Below, one piece after another: positions 26,290 through 37,485 of a stretch of 64,000 bases of DNA (position 1 is its first letter; each line of letters begins with the position of its first letter). A program made the translations under genes and the position numbers. The stretch is from an uncultured Gammaproteobacteria bacterium. Its GTDB lineage: Bacteria; Patescibacteriota; Microgenomatia; Levybacterales; GWA1-39-11. The stretch spans positions 374,572 through 438,571 of the forward strand of contig CAYVFE010000001.1 of assembly GCA_964450885.1 (NCBI GenBank), in the 5' to 3' direction. The notes under the pieces were generated by a model that saw nothing but the letters and a program-made list of their open reading frames with translations, made no database searches and was not told the origin of the DNA.

Positions 26290-27819
26290 ATGAAAACAAT
26301 ACGAAAGCATATTCCAGAACTTGGGTCACTTGTAGTCATTTCATTCATCTATTTTTTCACAAGGATTATCAACATAATGCACTTGCCTATATTTACAGAT
26401 GAGGCAATTTATACCAGGTGGGCTCAGATTGCATACAACGACGCGTCATGGAGATTTATATCATTAACGGATGGAAAGCAGCCGTCTTTTGTTTGGCTTC
26501 ATATGGTATTTCTGAGATTCTTCGAAGACCCACTTCTGGCAGGTAGGATGGCCTCAGTGTTTACGGGGTTTTTGACACTTCTGGGTATATTTTTCCTTAC
26601 TCAAATCGTATTTAAAAACTTGAAAATATCGGTTATAGCTGCTGCAATTTATTTGATCTATCCATTCGCTATGGTTTATGACAGACTTGCTCTATATGAG
26701 TCTATACTTGCGATGTTTTTTGTATGGGCGCTTTACTTCCAGATGCTTCTGGTAAAAAAACTCAGACTTGATGTAGCGATGATATTGGGATTTGTACTCG
26801 GCGGAGGTGTGCTCACGAAATCTTCAGGATTTCTGGCTATATATCTTTTACCATTTCTGTATTTTATTTTGGATTTTAATAGGAAAACATTAAAAAGAAA
26901 TGCAATAAGACTTACTTTACTTATAGTAGTTTCGGTTATTATCGCAAACATAATGTACTCAATTCTTAGGCTTTCTCCATTCTTTCATATAATTGAACAA
27001 AAAAATTCTATATTCGTCTATCCTATATCTGAATGGTTGAGTTTTTCGTTGCAGATTAAGATCGAAAATATTATCAGCAATTTTAGAGGACTATTTGACT
27101 GGTTTGTGACTTATTTTAGTATCCCTTTTGCTGTAGTCGTTATTTATTCTTTTCTATTCAAGAAATTCTATAAGGAAAAGATTCTTTTGACTCTCTGGTT
27201 CTTGCTGCCATTTTTAGCACTTTTGGTTTTTGGGAAAACTCTCTATCCGAGATACGTATTTTTTATGTCGTTGCCGCTTCTTCCGATACTGGCATTTGGT
27301 TTGTTTAAGATAGCCAGCATTGTAAAGAATAAAATAATTATTGTGCTCCTTAGTATAGGATTTTTTGCTTACCCGATTTTCTCATCGTATACGATACTGA
27401 CAGACTTTTCTAATGCGCCTATTCCAAAATCAGATCTTGAGCAATTTGTTAGAGGGTGGCCAGCAGGAGGCGGAGTAAGAGAGTCGATAGAGTTTTTCGA
27501 AGAAAAAGCACTCAGTGGGGAGATATTAGTAGCGACGCAGGGAACATTTGGTCTGATGCCATACGCTTACGAGATATATTTGGGTGAAAATCCAAATATA
27601 GAGATAAAAGGGTATTGGCCGATTGAGGACCAACCTCCCACAGAAGTTTTTGAGATTGCGAAAAATAAAGAAGTATATTTTGTCTACTATCAACCATGCC
27701 CACAGTGCGCATATCCAGGTGCAGCGCCAACTAGCTGGCCGCTTGAAAAAATTGAGGAATACGAAAAAGATGATGATAATACAAGTCTTAGTATTTATAG
27801 GTTGATTGATAATAATTAG
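26290..27819 (+). CDS. GT-C glycosyltransferase (GT39/ArnT-like)
   Basis: PIFTDEAIY, DGKQP, DRLALYES, TKS and YPRY motifs; multi-TM. Confidence 0.82.
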   Translation: MKTIRKHIPELGSLVVISFIYFFTRIINIMHLPIFTDEAIYTRWAQIAYNDASWRFISLTDGKQPSFVWLHMVFLRFFEDPLLAGRMASVFTGFLTLLGIFFLTQIVFKNLKISVIAAAIYLIYPFAMVYDRLALYESILAMFFVWALYFQMLLVKKLRLDVAMILGFVLGGGVLTKSSGFLAIYLLPFLYFILDFNRKTLKRNAIRLTLLIVVSVIIANIMYSILRLSPFFHIIEQKNSIFVYPISEWLSFSLQIKIENIISNFRGLFDWFVTYFSIPFAVVVIYSFLFKKFYKEKILLTLWFLLPFLALLVFGKTLYPRYVFFMSLPLLPILAFGLFKIASIVKNKIIIVLLSIGFFAYPIFSSYTILTDFSNAPIPKSDLEQFVRGWPAGGGVRESIEFFEEKALSGEILVATQGTFGLMPYAYEIYLGENPNIEIKGYWPIEDQPPTEVFEIAKNKEVYFVYYQPCPQCAYPGAAPTSWPLEKIEEYEKDDDNTSLSIYRLIDNN

Positions 27820-27820
27820 T

Positions 27821-30247
27821 ATGTTGAGGAGTAATGCTTTTCTAGCATTTATTATTTTTTTATTTATTGGAGTTATTTTTTTTAACAAATCAGTATTTCA
27901 AGGGCAGGTTCCATTTCCTGGTGATTTGTTGATAGGACATTATAACCCCTATAATTCATATTCCTTTATGGGATATGCTCCTGGTAGCTTCCCCCATAAA
28001 GCCCAAAATATTGATGTTATAGAGCAACTATATCCATGGAAACATTTTTCTATAGAATCTTTAAAGGAATTAGAATTTCCTTTATGGAATCCGTATAACT
28101 TTTCTGGGACCCCCCATCTGGCAGCTATTCAGTCAGGAACATTCTACCCATTTAATCTGCTTTTTTTACTTTTGCCATTTAATCTTGGATGGACGATATA
28201 CATAATTTCACAGCCAGTTCTTGCTGGAATATTTACTTATTTCTTCCTAAGAGAACTAAGGCTTTCTTTCAAAAGCTCTATTCTGGGAGGGTTGGCATTT
28301 TCATTCTCTTCTTTTTTAGTAGTCTGGATGCAGTATGGGAATATAATTCATGCGGTGCTCTGGCTGCCGCTTATTTTATGGTTAGGAATTAAAAATCTAA
28401 AGAAACCAAGTCTGGTCAAATCCGTCCTGATCTCGTTATTTTTGGCATTCTCTGTGCTTGCAGGACATTTTCAAGTATCGATCTACTTATACGGATTTAG
28501 TTTTATATTTCTTGTTTTCATGACAGCTAAATTCTATAGGGAAAGATTTTTTATGAATATGCTGACTCTTGCAGGAATATATATATTTTCATTATTGATT
28601 TCATCAGTTCAGCTCATTCCATCTATCGAGATTTTCTTGAATTCATCGAGAACAGACTATACATACGAGAGATTAGTGGAATTTTTAATACCGACATATC
28701 ATTCCATAAGTATGCTTTTTCCTGATTTTTTCGGAAATCCAGTGAGCCGAAATTATTGGCCGGCCGGGACATATATAGAAAGGGCCACTTACTTTGGTAT
28801 AGTGCCGCTATTTTTTGCACTTTATGCAATTATCTCAAGAAAAAGTTCAGTCGTATGGTTTTTTGTCTTATCGATACTTGCGGTATTTATTATAGCCTTC
28901 GATTCTTTCATAACTAGATTTATTTACTCGATATATATACCTCCGATTATTGCGACTTCAGTCCCTACGAGGATAGTCTTCGTGCTGATTTTTTCTGGCA
29001 GCGTACTTGCAGCATTTGGATATAACGAAATCGAAAAAGCAAAGAAGTTCAAGCACCTGTTGCTGACGATAATAGTCTTTAGTGCCATTGTCATTTCAAC
29101 ATGGTTTTTTGTGATTGTGGCTCCGCAATTATTTCAAGGGGCCCAATGGACCATATATATGCCCACTGCACTTCGTAATTTATTTATTCCTACGCTCGCA
29201 TTCTCGCTTGTTATTTTTTTATTAATGCTTTTTATCCTCAAGGAGAAGAGACCTTTGAAAAAATATGCAAATTTTATAAAAAGATATTTGTTCGCGGTTA
29301 TACTTCTTGCAACAATTTTTGAATTATATTTTTTCTTCAGTAAATTTTCGCCCTTTTCTCCAGGAGAGTTCATTTATCCGCAGACTTCGGTGTTTAATTT
29401 TATAAAGCAAAATCAGGATATCTATAGATCATGGGGATATGGTGCCTCCAGTATTCCTGTAAACATCCAGACATATGAAAAGATCTACTCGACAGATGGT
29501 TATGACCCTTTTTATATAAGGCGCTACGGGGAGTTGTTATCGACTACAGAAAATGGAGTTGTCTCAGAATCTATAAAAAGGGCAAACGCTAATTTAGCTC
29601 CGGGATATGGGGAAGAGAATTTACGAGATAATCTATATCGACAAAAGATGATGAATATTTTGGGCGTGAAATACATTATTCATAAAAAGCCTCAGGATAC
29701 TTTTGCACATGATCAGACGTTTGATGACTCTATATATAATTTGGTTTGGAACGACAAAGATCTCCAGATTTACGAAAATACACAAGTATTACCGAGAGCA
29801 TTCATGGTTACAGACTATATAGTTTTGAAAGATGAAAAGGAAATTATAAAAAAGCTTTATGACGATTCATTCGATCCTTCTTCGCAAATAATTCTTGAAA
29901 AAGATCCGGGGTTTGAGAGCTCGGGAATGCCATTAGAATACGACTTGAAAATCAGCGACTATAGAGCCAACAAAATTGAGATATCAGTAGAATCCAGTAC
30001 TGATGCATTACTATTCTTGTCGGATTCATATTTTTCCGGATGGAAAGCGCGTGTAGATGGCTCAGAGACAAATATTTTCAGAGCAAACTACGCGCTCCGC
30101 GCTATAAAAGTCCCTAAGGGTGAGCACGCGGTGGTTTTTTCTTACGAACCAGATTCATTCAAGTTAGGATCGACAGTATCTTCGATAGCCATAGGTTCTG
30201 CTGTAATATTACTCATATTTAGTTATTATAGGAAAAGATCAAAATGA
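27821..30247 (+). CDS. YfhO-family GT-C membrane protein
   Basis: D..EQLYPW, PLWNPYNFSGTP, AGHFQ, DGYDP and DSYFSGWKA..DG...RANYALRA. Start could be 27806 or 27821. Confidence 0.85.
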   Translation: MLRSNAFLAFIIFLFIGVIFFNKSVFQGQVPFPGDLLIGHYNPYNSYSFMGYAPGSFPHKAQNIDVIEQLYPWKHFSIESLKELEFPLWNPYNFSGTPHLAAIQSGTFYPFNLLFLLLPFNLGWTIYIISQPVLAGIFTYFFLRELRLSFKSSILGGLAFSFSSFLVVWMQYGNIIHAVLWLPLILWLGIKNLKKPSLVKSVLISLFLAFSVLAGHFQVSIYLYGFSFIFLVFMTAKFYRERFFMNMLTLAGIYIFSLLISSVQLIPSIEIFLNSSRTDYTYERLVEFLIPTYHSISMLFPDFFGNPVSRNYWPAGTYIERATYFGIVPLFFALYAIISRKSSVVWFFVLSILAVFIIAFDSFITRFIYSIYIPPIIATSVPTRIVFVLIFSGSVLAAFGYNEIEKAKKFKHLLLTIIVFSAIVISTWFFVIVAPQLFQGAQWTIYMPTALRNLFIPTLAFSLVIFLLMLFILKEKRPLKKYANFIKRYLFAVILLATIFELYFFFSKFSPFSPGEFIYPQTSVFNFIKQNQDIYRSWGYGASSIPVNIQTYEKIYSTDGYDPFYIRRYGELLSTTENGVVSESIKRANANLAPGYGEENLRDNLYRQKMMNILGVKYIIHKKPQDTFAHDQTFDDSIYNLVWNDKDLQIYENTQVLPRAFMVTDYIVLKDEKEIIKKLYDDSFDPSSQIILEKDPGFESSGMPLEYDLKISDYRANKIEISVESSTDALLFLSDSYFSGWKARVDGSETNIFRANYALRAIKVPKGEHAVVFSYEPDSFKLGSTVSSIAIGSAVILLIFSYYRKRSK

Positions 30248-31788
30248 TGAAAAATATTTTGAAGAATGCATCGTTTGTATTGCTGGTAGCTATTGTTACG
30301 CTCCCGGCGATTATCCCGCTTTTTAATTCGGGATTCATGGTGACAGATGATGGGGGATGGATGATAATTCGTCTTTCAGCATTTTACGATACTTTAAGAG
30401 ACGGACAGATTCCGGTCAGGTTTTTAGAAAGGATTAACTTCGGATACGGATACCCGGTTTCAAATTTTTTGTATCCTGGCTATCTTTATCTAGGATCTGT
30501 GGTTCACATGGTTGGGTTTGGTTTTATAGATAGCATAAAGATCCTATTTGGCTTATCTATTATTTTTTCGGGCATATTTTCGTTTATTTGGTTAAGAAGG
30601 CTATTTGGTAATGTAGACTCACTTATAGGCTCTCTTGTTTTCGTCTATTCTCCCTATCATCTATTTGATATCTACAAGCGAGGCTCACTGGGTGAGGCAT
30701 TATCGATTTCCGTAATGCCACTTGCTTTTTACGGTATCGAAAAAGGAAGTACGATATTGATAAGCCTATCAGTTTTCTTGATTTTGATATTGCACAATTC
30801 TCTAGCAGTATTCTTCCTTCCGTTGATACCTATCTATGCGCTTATCAGGAAGTCTTTTGTTAGATCCATCCCTGGTATGGGTCTGGGGATTTTCATGTCT
30901 GCATTTTTTACAGTCCCCGCATTGGTTGAATTGAAATATACAAAATTTTTTGAGACACAGATATCAAACCCTTTAGAGTATTTTGCTGATATAAATCTAA
31001 TTGGCATCGTATCTATAGTCATACTTTTTTCTACAATATTTTTAATTTTTGCGATATATAAAAATGAGATAAAAAAAGTTCCATATTTGGGATTCGTCAT
31101 ATTTTTTGGTGCAATATTCATTGCTTCAATATTTTTAAGTACTAGTCTCAGTTCTATATTCTGGCAAAACGTGAATGCGTCTTTTGTTCAATTTCCATAT
31201 AGAATATTGTCTGTTCTTATCGTGTGCTCATCTTTTTTTGCAGCATTTATCTCATATATATTGTTCAAGCAGATAAAAATAGTTGCGATTGTTATAATTT
31301 CCGGACTTGTAATATATTCCGGCTATAGCTATTTGTCAGATATTAAGTATGATAATAATCCTGATGGGTACTATTCGACAAATGAAGCGACCACTACAAT
31401 TCACGATGAGTATATGCCTGTATGGGTCAAGAATCATCCTAGTAGCCGTCCGGAAAACAAGGTAGAGGTGCTATCTGGAGATGCACAAATAACTAACTTG
31501 AGAGTTAATTCATCAAAAATAGAATTTGATACCGTTGTTAATTCTAATTCAAAAATCCGCGTGAACACTATTTATTGGCCAGGGTGGAGGCTTTTTGTCG
31601 AAGGAGAAGAAAGAGAGATTTCATATGACAATGATTATGGTGTTATGGAATTCGAATTGAGTCAATATGATGATAGAGTATACCTTTCGTTTCAGGAGGA
31701 CCTTATTAGGACACTTAGTAACATGGTATCGATCGTCGCGGCGCTGACTCTCATATATTTTATTTCCCGACCGCTGGTTAAATTTTAA
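30244..31788 (+). CDS. PTPS-related/YfhO-like GT-C membrane protein
   Basis: TDDG, GQIPVRF...NFGYGYP..NFLYP, RGSLGE, HN, QFPYR, EYMP and YWPGW. Confidence 0.78.
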   Translation: MMKNILKNASFVLLVAIVTLPAIIPLFNSGFMVTDDGGWMIIRLSAFYDTLRDGQIPVRFLERINFGYGYPVSNFLYPGYLYLGSVVHMVGFGFIDSIKILFGLSIIFSGIFSFIWLRRLFGNVDSLIGSLVFVYSPYHLFDIYKRGSLGEALSISVMPLAFYGIEKGSTILISLSVFLILILHNSLAVFFLPLIPIYALIRKSFVRSIPGMGLGIFMSAFFTVPALVELKYTKFFETQISNPLEYFADINLIGIVSIVILFSTIFLIFAIYKNEIKKVPYLGFVIFFGAIFIASIFLSTSLSSIFWQNVNASFVQFPYRILSVLIVCSSFFAAFISYILFKQIKIVAIVIISGLVIYSGYSYLSDIKYDNNPDGYYSTNEATTTIHDEYMPVWVKNHPSSRPENKVEVLSGDAQITNLRVNSSKIEFDTVVNSNSKIRVNTIYWPGWRLFVEGEEREISYDNDYGVMEFELSQYDDRVYLSFQEDLIRTLSNMVSIVAALTLIYFISRPLVKF

Positions 31789-33461
31789 TGAAAAAATTAT
31801 TACTATTCATATTATCAATAATAATACTCATTCCTGCTCTTCTGCCTCTTTTTAGAAATGGATTTTTTGTCATACATGACAATACTCAGGTAGAGAGAGT
31901 ATCTCAGATGTCAAAAGCTCTTAGTGAGGGAAATTTTCCCGTTAGGTGGGTCGAGGATCTAGGGTATGGTTATGGGTATCCAATCTTTAATTTTTATGCA
32001 CCCTTGCCATATTATATAGGAGGATTTTTTGAGCTGGTCGTAAATGATGCAATTGTAGCTACAAAATTAATGTTTGCTATTGGTACGATTATCTCATTTT
32101 TTTCAATGTATCTTCTTGCATCAGCGCTTACAAACAAGTATGCAGGTTTTTTAGCGGGAGTGATTTATCTATATTTTCCATATCATGCATTAAATATTTA
32201 TGTCAGAGGAGCGGTGGGCGAATTTTTTGCGTACGCATTTATTCCGCTAGTTTTTTGGGGAATATATTATATTTTTAAGAAAATTAAGATCCAAAAAAGA
32301 TCAAGAGTATTATTAACAGAATCGATTTTTCTTTCTATACCTTTAGCTCTGGTGACGATTTCTCACAATTTAAGCGCATTTATGTTGGGACTTTTTATGG
32401 CTCCTTATATTCTGTTTTTTCTCATTAAAGTAAAAAATAAGAAGCCTTATATATATTCCATTGCTATACTTTGCGCAACTGCATTTATGCTTTCCGCATT
32501 TTATGTACTTCCTGCTATTTTCGAATCACAATTTACAAATGTGAGATCCCAGATCGGTGGGGGCGCCGACTATCCAGATCATTTTGTATGTATAGTACAA
32601 CTATGGAGCAGTAATTGGGGGTTTGGCGGTTCTGCGCCGGGGTGTATAGATGGAATTAGTTTCGCTTTGGGAAAGATCAACATTTTGATCCTGGTCTTTG
32701 CCTTTGCTTTTTTTGCTAAGGATCTTGTTCTGCATAGAAAAAAGACACATGAGAGTATTTTTTGGATACTTTTAGGAATGTCTATATTCCTACTATTGCC
32801 TATTTCTCAAATATTTTGGGACACCTTTCCTTTCATGGAATATCTTCAATTCCCATGGAGATTCTTGAATTTTGTAGGACTTTTTATTGGTTTGATTGGT
32901 GCTTTTGTGATGTATAAGCTTAAAAAGAATTATCTTGCCCTGATAAGTATTCTGATAATAATTGTAGTTACTATTTACTCGAACGTAAACCTGTTTTCTC
33001 CCGTCGTGTTTACCGATTACGATAGTAATTATTATGAAAATAGAGATCATATAAGGTGGGAGACTTCAAAGATATCAGATGAGTATATGCCTCGGGATTT
33101 TGATAAGCCGTTAGCTCAGGACAATTTACCAGAAGAACTGGTGGCAGCATCCGTCGGTGTATCTATTGACAATGTGACTTCTAGAACAGGCTTTATCGAA
33201 ATCAAAAAAAGTGGTAACAGTGGAGTAATCCATATAAATAAAGCTTATTTTCCTGCTTGGGAGGGTAGTATAGATGGTAAAAATATAGATATAACAAAAT
33301 CAAATACGGGAATGTATATACAAGTTCCCGAGGGGGAAAAGGAGATAACTCTAAGAATCGGATCCACACCAATTCAGGTTATAGGAAATACACTTACGAT
33401 AATTGGAATAGTTGCCGTTATTGTTGCTATAATTGCAAAAAAGAAAAAGTTATATGAATAA
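31788..33461 (+). CDS. PTPS-related/YfhO-like GT-C membrane protein
   Basis: HDN, GNFPVRW...GYGYGYPIFNFY, RGAVGE, SHN, QFPWRFL, EYMP and YFPAW. Confidence 0.78.
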   Translation: MKKLLLFILSIIILIPALLPLFRNGFFVIHDNTQVERVSQMSKALSEGNFPVRWVEDLGYGYGYPIFNFYAPLPYYIGGFFELVVNDAIVATKLMFAIGTIISFFSMYLLASALTNKYAGFLAGVIYLYFPYHALNIYVRGAVGEFFAYAFIPLVFWGIYYIFKKIKIQKRSRVLLTESIFLSIPLALVTISHNLSAFMLGLFMAPYILFFLIKVKNKKPYIYSIAILCATAFMLSAFYVLPAIFESQFTNVRSQIGGGADYPDHFVCIVQLWSSNWGFGGSAPGCIDGISFALGKINILILVFAFAFFAKDLVLHRKKTHESIFWILLGMSIFLLLPISQIFWDTFPFMEYLQFPWRFLNFVGLFIGLIGAFVMYKLKKNYLALISILIIIVVTIYSNVNLFSPVVFTDYDSNYYENRDHIRWETSKISDEYMPRDFDKPLAQDNLPEELVAASVGVSIDNVTSRTGFIEIKKSGNSGVIHINKAYFPAWEGSIDGKNIDITKSNTGMYIQVPEGEKEITLRIGSTPIQVIGNTLTIIGIVAVIVAIIAKKKKLYE

Positions 33462-34164
33462 GATATCCGAATTATCCATATTTTTTCCGTTCTGGAATGA
33501 AGGAAAGAATGTAAAAAAAGTAATGGAAGATGCAATTTCGGTTGCGAAGGAGGTCTCCGTAAATTGGGAGATAATCATGGTTGATGATGGATCTTCAGAT
33601 GATACAAAAGAGGAATGCAGAAAATTCTCTAAAAGATTCAAGAATATAAAGCTTGTGTCACATACTCCAAACAGGGGGTATGGTGCAGCCTTGCGTTCAG
33701 GCCTTGAAAACTCAAAGTACAAATATATAGTATTTACAGACGGTGACAGGCAATTTGATTTCTCGCAAGTTACTAAATTTATTGATGAAATAAAAAATGC
33801 AGATATAGTGATTGGATATCGCAAGCAAAGGCAAGACAGTTTTATAAGACATATCCTCATGAATTTGCTTAAAGTATGGGATTACGTCTTTTTCAGGTTT
33901 TACTTTAGGGACATAGACTGTGGATTCAAGATGTTTAGAAAATCCGCTGTAGAAAAAATTTCGCCTCTCAGGTCAGAGGGAGCTATGGTAACTACAGAAA
34001 TATTAGCAAAAGCGAGGAGAAAGGGGTTAAGGATTTCAGAAGTTGAGGTAAATCATTATCCCAGAAAATTTGGTTCGCAAAGTGGAGCGAACTTTCCCGT
34101 AGTGATTAGGGCAGTTTTGGAGAGTTTTATTCTATGGCTTGATATCCACAACAAAAGGATCTAG
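33454..34164 (+). CDS. GT2 polyprenol-phosphate sugar synthase-like (DPM1-like)
   Basis: PFWNE, DDGS, NRGYGAAL, FTDGD and DIDCGFKMF. Confidence 0.88.
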   Translation: MNKISELSIFFPFWNEGKNVKKVMEDAISVAKEVSVNWEIIMVDDGSSDDTKEECRKFSKRFKNIKLVSHTPNRGYGAALRSGLENSKYKYIVFTDGDRQFDFSQVTKFIDEIKNADIVIGYRKQRQDSFIRHILMNLLKVWDYVFFRFYFRDIDCGFKMFRKSAVEKISPLRSEGAMVTTEILAKARRKGLRISEVEVNHYPRKFGSQSGANFPVVIRAVLESFILWLDIHNKRI

Positions 34165-34184
34165 GAAATGGTTATACTTTATAT

Positions 34185-35642
34185 ATGGAGAATTTCACGT
34201 TCGAAGCAATCGCAAAAAAATCTGTTCACGGAGTATTAGCGCTTACTACAAGAACTTTCTTTATTCAAATTCTAGGTATTTTTGCCAGTTTTATTCTGAC
34301 TCTCTATCTAGACGAATTTAGCTTCGGGGTTTTTGCTATAGTTTCGTCTCTTATTATCTTTTTTGGTTATTTTCAAGATATTGGTCTTGCTGCATCTCTT
34401 ATTCAAAAAAAAGACAAACCGACGATTATTGATTTCAGGACAGTCTTTACGGTCCAGCAAATCTTTGTTTTGGTGCTCGTTGTTCCAGCCATGATATTCT
34501 CCGACCAAATAGTTTCATTGTATGGGCTGGGCTTTGATGGCCAGCTGTTGTTTATAGCGTTGCTTGTGTCTTTCTTTATTAATTCTGTAAGAACAATCCC
34601 GACTGTAATGATGGAGAGAGACCTTCAATACAGCAAGCTCGTCATTCCAGAAATAGTTGAAGGGATTCTTTATAACGTTACTCTTATAATAGGTGCCGTC
34701 ATGGGATTTGGAGTGACAAGCTTTACTTTAGCGGTCTTGATACGTGCGATCGGAGGACTCATCGCCACATATATAATTCGCCCCTGGAGTATTGGTTTTG
34801 CATTTGACAGAGACTCATTGAAACAGCTTTTGTCATTTGGAATTCCATATCAGCTCAATAACATATTGGCTTTATTTAAAGATCATTTTTTGACTTTGTA
34901 TTTAGGATTGATCCTTCCACTTTCTCAGCTCGGAATCATTGCTTTTGCTCAAAAGCTTGCATTTTTGCCTCTACGACTCATTATGGACAATATAATAAAG
35001 ATCACATTTCCGTCGTACAGCAGGCTTCAAGATGATAAGAAGTCTTTAAGAATAGCGATAGAGAAATCACTTTTCGTCATATCCTTTTTCATATTTCCTG
35101 TTGCTGTCATGATAATTATGTTCACGCCATTTCTTATCGAATTTATTCCGCGATACGGAAAGTGGCAGCCTGCGATTTTATCCGTCATGTTTTTTGCACT
35201 AAGTACTGTTCTTTCATCGATCTCGACTCCACTAACAAATTTTCTCAATGCAATCGGTAAAGTAAAGATAACGTTTTACTTTATGATTTTCTGGACGATT
35301 GCAACTTGGATAACAACGGTTATTGCGGTTTCGCGTATGGGATTTAATGGAGTAGCCTTTGCTGCATTTCTTGTCAGTCTTAGCTCATTTGGAGTTTTTA
35401 TAGTTACGAAAAGGTATTTAGATTTTTCAGTTCTCAAACCTACGTATAAATCTTTTATAGCCGCCCTCATCATTGCCATATTTATCTTCTTTACAGATTT
35501 TCTTATTACGTCGTTTATTGTTCTTATTGTATGGAGCATTATTTCTGGATTTATATATATGGGAATAATGCTTTTGATTTCAAGGAAAGAATTAATTTCG
35601 ACTATAAAGTTTGCTAAAAGCTCTTTTTCGAAAGAAAAATAA
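34185..35642 (+). CDS. Oligosaccharide flippase (Wzx/MOP family)
   Basis: About 12-14 TM with DIGLAASLIQ and TFPSYSRLQ. Confidence 0.88.
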   Translation: MENFTFEAIAKKSVHGVLALTTRTFFIQILGIFASFILTLYLDEFSFGVFAIVSSLIIFFGYFQDIGLAASLIQKKDKPTIIDFRTVFTVQQIFVLVLVVPAMIFSDQIVSLYGLGFDGQLLFIALLVSFFINSVRTIPTVMMERDLQYSKLVIPEIVEGILYNVTLIIGAVMGFGVTSFTLAVLIRAIGGLIATYIIRPWSIGFAFDRDSLKQLLSFGIPYQLNNILALFKDHFLTLYLGLILPLSQLGIIAFAQKLAFLPLRLIMDNIIKITFPSYSRLQDDKKSLRIAIEKSLFVISFFIFPVAVMIIMFTPFLIEFIPRYGKWQPAILSVMFFALSTVLSSISTPLTNFLNAIGKVKITFYFMIFWTIATWITTVIAVSRMGFNGVAFAAFLVSLSSFGVFIVTKRYLDFSVLKPTYKSFIAALIIAIFIFFTDFLITSFIVLIVWSIISGFIYMGIMLLISRKELISTIKFAKSSFSKEK

Positions 35643-35665
35643 TATCTTTGAGCTATAATAAAAGT

Positions 35666-36568
35666 ATGAATAAACTATCTGTCGTCATATCAGCCTTTAA
35701 TGAGGAAAAAAATATTGAAGATTGTCTTAGGTCCGTTAAGGATATAGCAACAGAGATTATAGTTATAGATAACACCTCTTCAGATAAAACTGCCGACATA
35801 GCAAGAAAGTACACAGACAAGGTTTTTGTTCGGGAAAATAATTTGATGCTTAATATCAATAAAAACTTCGGTATTGGCAAGGCTGCTGGTGAATGGGTGC
35901 TGGTCTTGGATGCGGATGAAAGACTGACTGAAGAATTGGCAGTGGAGATAAAAGAGCTAATAAGTTCTGACAGTAAAGATTCTGGGTATACCATGCCTAG
36001 GAAAAATATCATATTTGGAAAGTGGATAGAGAATACTGGCTGGTATCCAGATAGACAGTTGAGATTATTTAAGAAAAATAGTGGGAGGTTTGCTGAAAAA
36101 CATGTTCATGAAATGATTACGATCGATGGAAGTATCGGCGAATTAAAAAATTCTTTGTCTCACATTAACTATACTAGCGTGAGCCAGTTTTTAGATAAGA
36201 TGATTCGTGTATATACGATATCTGAGGCAGAAAATCTCCTAAAATCTGGGTATGTGCCTAAAATGGCAGACGCCATATTAATGCCCAGTGGAGAATTTTT
36301 AAAAAGATTTTTTGCGGAAAAGGGATACAAGGATGGTGCACATGGTCTATATCTATCACTGCTTATGGCGTTTTATCATTTCATTGTTTTCTTGCGTGTT
36401 TGGGAGGCAAAGTCTTACCCTGATAACAAAAATACGCTAGAAGAATTTACATCCGCAAGCAAAGAGTCATACCGTCAACTACGGTATTGGATTACTATTT
36501 CAAAAAATGAAAATGAAAAAAATCCGATAAAAAAAATATCGAGGAAAATACTCCATAAAATATCTTGA
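35666..36568 (+). CDS. GT2 glycosyltransferase (WaaE/LgtF-like)
   Basis: AFNEE, WVLVLDADE, YPD.QLRLF, HVHE and GYKDG..G. Confidence 0.9.
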   Translation: MNKLSVVISAFNEEKNIEDCLRSVKDIATEIIVIDNTSSDKTADIARKYTDKVFVRENNLMLNINKNFGIGKAAGEWVLVLDADERLTEELAVEIKELISSDSKDSGYTMPRKNIIFGKWIENTGWYPDRQLRLFKKNSGRFAEKHVHEMITIDGSIGELKNSLSHINYTSVSQFLDKMIRVYTISEAENLLKSGYVPKMADAILMPSGEFLKRFFAEKGYKDGAHGLYLSLLMAFYHFIVFLRVWEAKSYPDNKNTLEEFTSASKESYRQLRYWITISKNENEKNPIKKISRKILHKIS

Positions 36569-36569
36569 T

Positions 36570-37484
36570 ATGACAAGAATTTCCATAGCTATTCTTCACT
36601 TTGGGAAAATCGAGACTACAAATAAGTGTCTCGATTCTATTTCTAAGCTTAATACAGATAAAATTGACTTGAGTGTTTTTGTTGTTAACAATGATCCTGG
36701 TGTCGTTTTCCCGGAAATTAAATCTTTAGGAAAGACCAGCATTGTTGTTGTAAACAATAAAGTAAATAACGGATTCTCAGGAGGACATAATCAGGGATTT
36801 GAGTTCTCACTTAAAAATAATTCTGACTATCATGTCGTTTTGAATAACGATGTTACTTTGGATAAGGATATTATAATTGAGATGGTTAATTGTTTTAAGA
36901 ATAATGAAAATGTTGGTATTGTCTCTCCAAAGATATATTTTTCCAAAGGAGATGAATATCATAAGAATAGATATAAGAAAAGCGATTTGGGAAAAGTAAT
37001 TTGGTATGCAGGGGGATTGACTGATTGGGATAATCTTATTAATAAACATAGAGGTGTAGATGAAGTAGACGAGGGGCAATATGAAGATGATATAGAGACA
37101 GGATTTGCGACTGGTGCGTGTGCTATGCTTCCTGCAAAAATAATCAAAAAAATAAAGGGTTTTGATGAGAGATATTTCCTGTATTATGAAGATGGAGATC
37201 TTAATATGAGAATAAAAGATGCTGGATACAGGTCATATTATTGTGCCAAAGCAAAAATGTGGCATAAAAATGCTGCATCCTCGAGCTCCGGGTCTACTCT
37301 TCAGGATTATTATATAAGTAGAAATAGAATGCTTTTCGGATTTTCCTATGCTCCACTTAGAACAAAGATCGCTTTATCAAGAGAAAGTTTTAAAATGCTT
37401 ACTTCGGGAAGGAAGTGGCAAAAAATTGGAATAAGAGATTTCTACATGAGAAGATTTGGTAAGGGTAGCTATCCGATTCAGTAA
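36570..37484 (+). CDS. GT2 glycosyltransferase (rhamnosyltransferase-like)
   Basis: NNGFSGGHN, LNND, TGAC, FDERYFLYYEDGD and YYISRNR. Confidence 0.9.
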   Translation: MTRISIAILHFGKIETTNKCLDSISKLNTDKIDLSVFVVNNDPGVVFPEIKSLGKTSIVVVNNKVNNGFSGGHNQGFEFSLKNNSDYHVVLNNDVTLDKDIIIEMVNCFKNNENVGIVSPKIYFSKGDEYHKNRYKKSDLGKVIWYAGGLTDWDNLINKHRGVDEVDEGQYEDDIETGFATGACAMLPAKIIKKIKGFDERYFLYYEDGDLNMRIKDAGYRSYYCAKAKMWHKNAASSSSGSTLQDYYISRNRMLFGFSYAPLRTKIALSRESFKMLTSGRKWQKIGIRDFYMRRFGKGSYPIQ

Positions 37485-37485
37485 G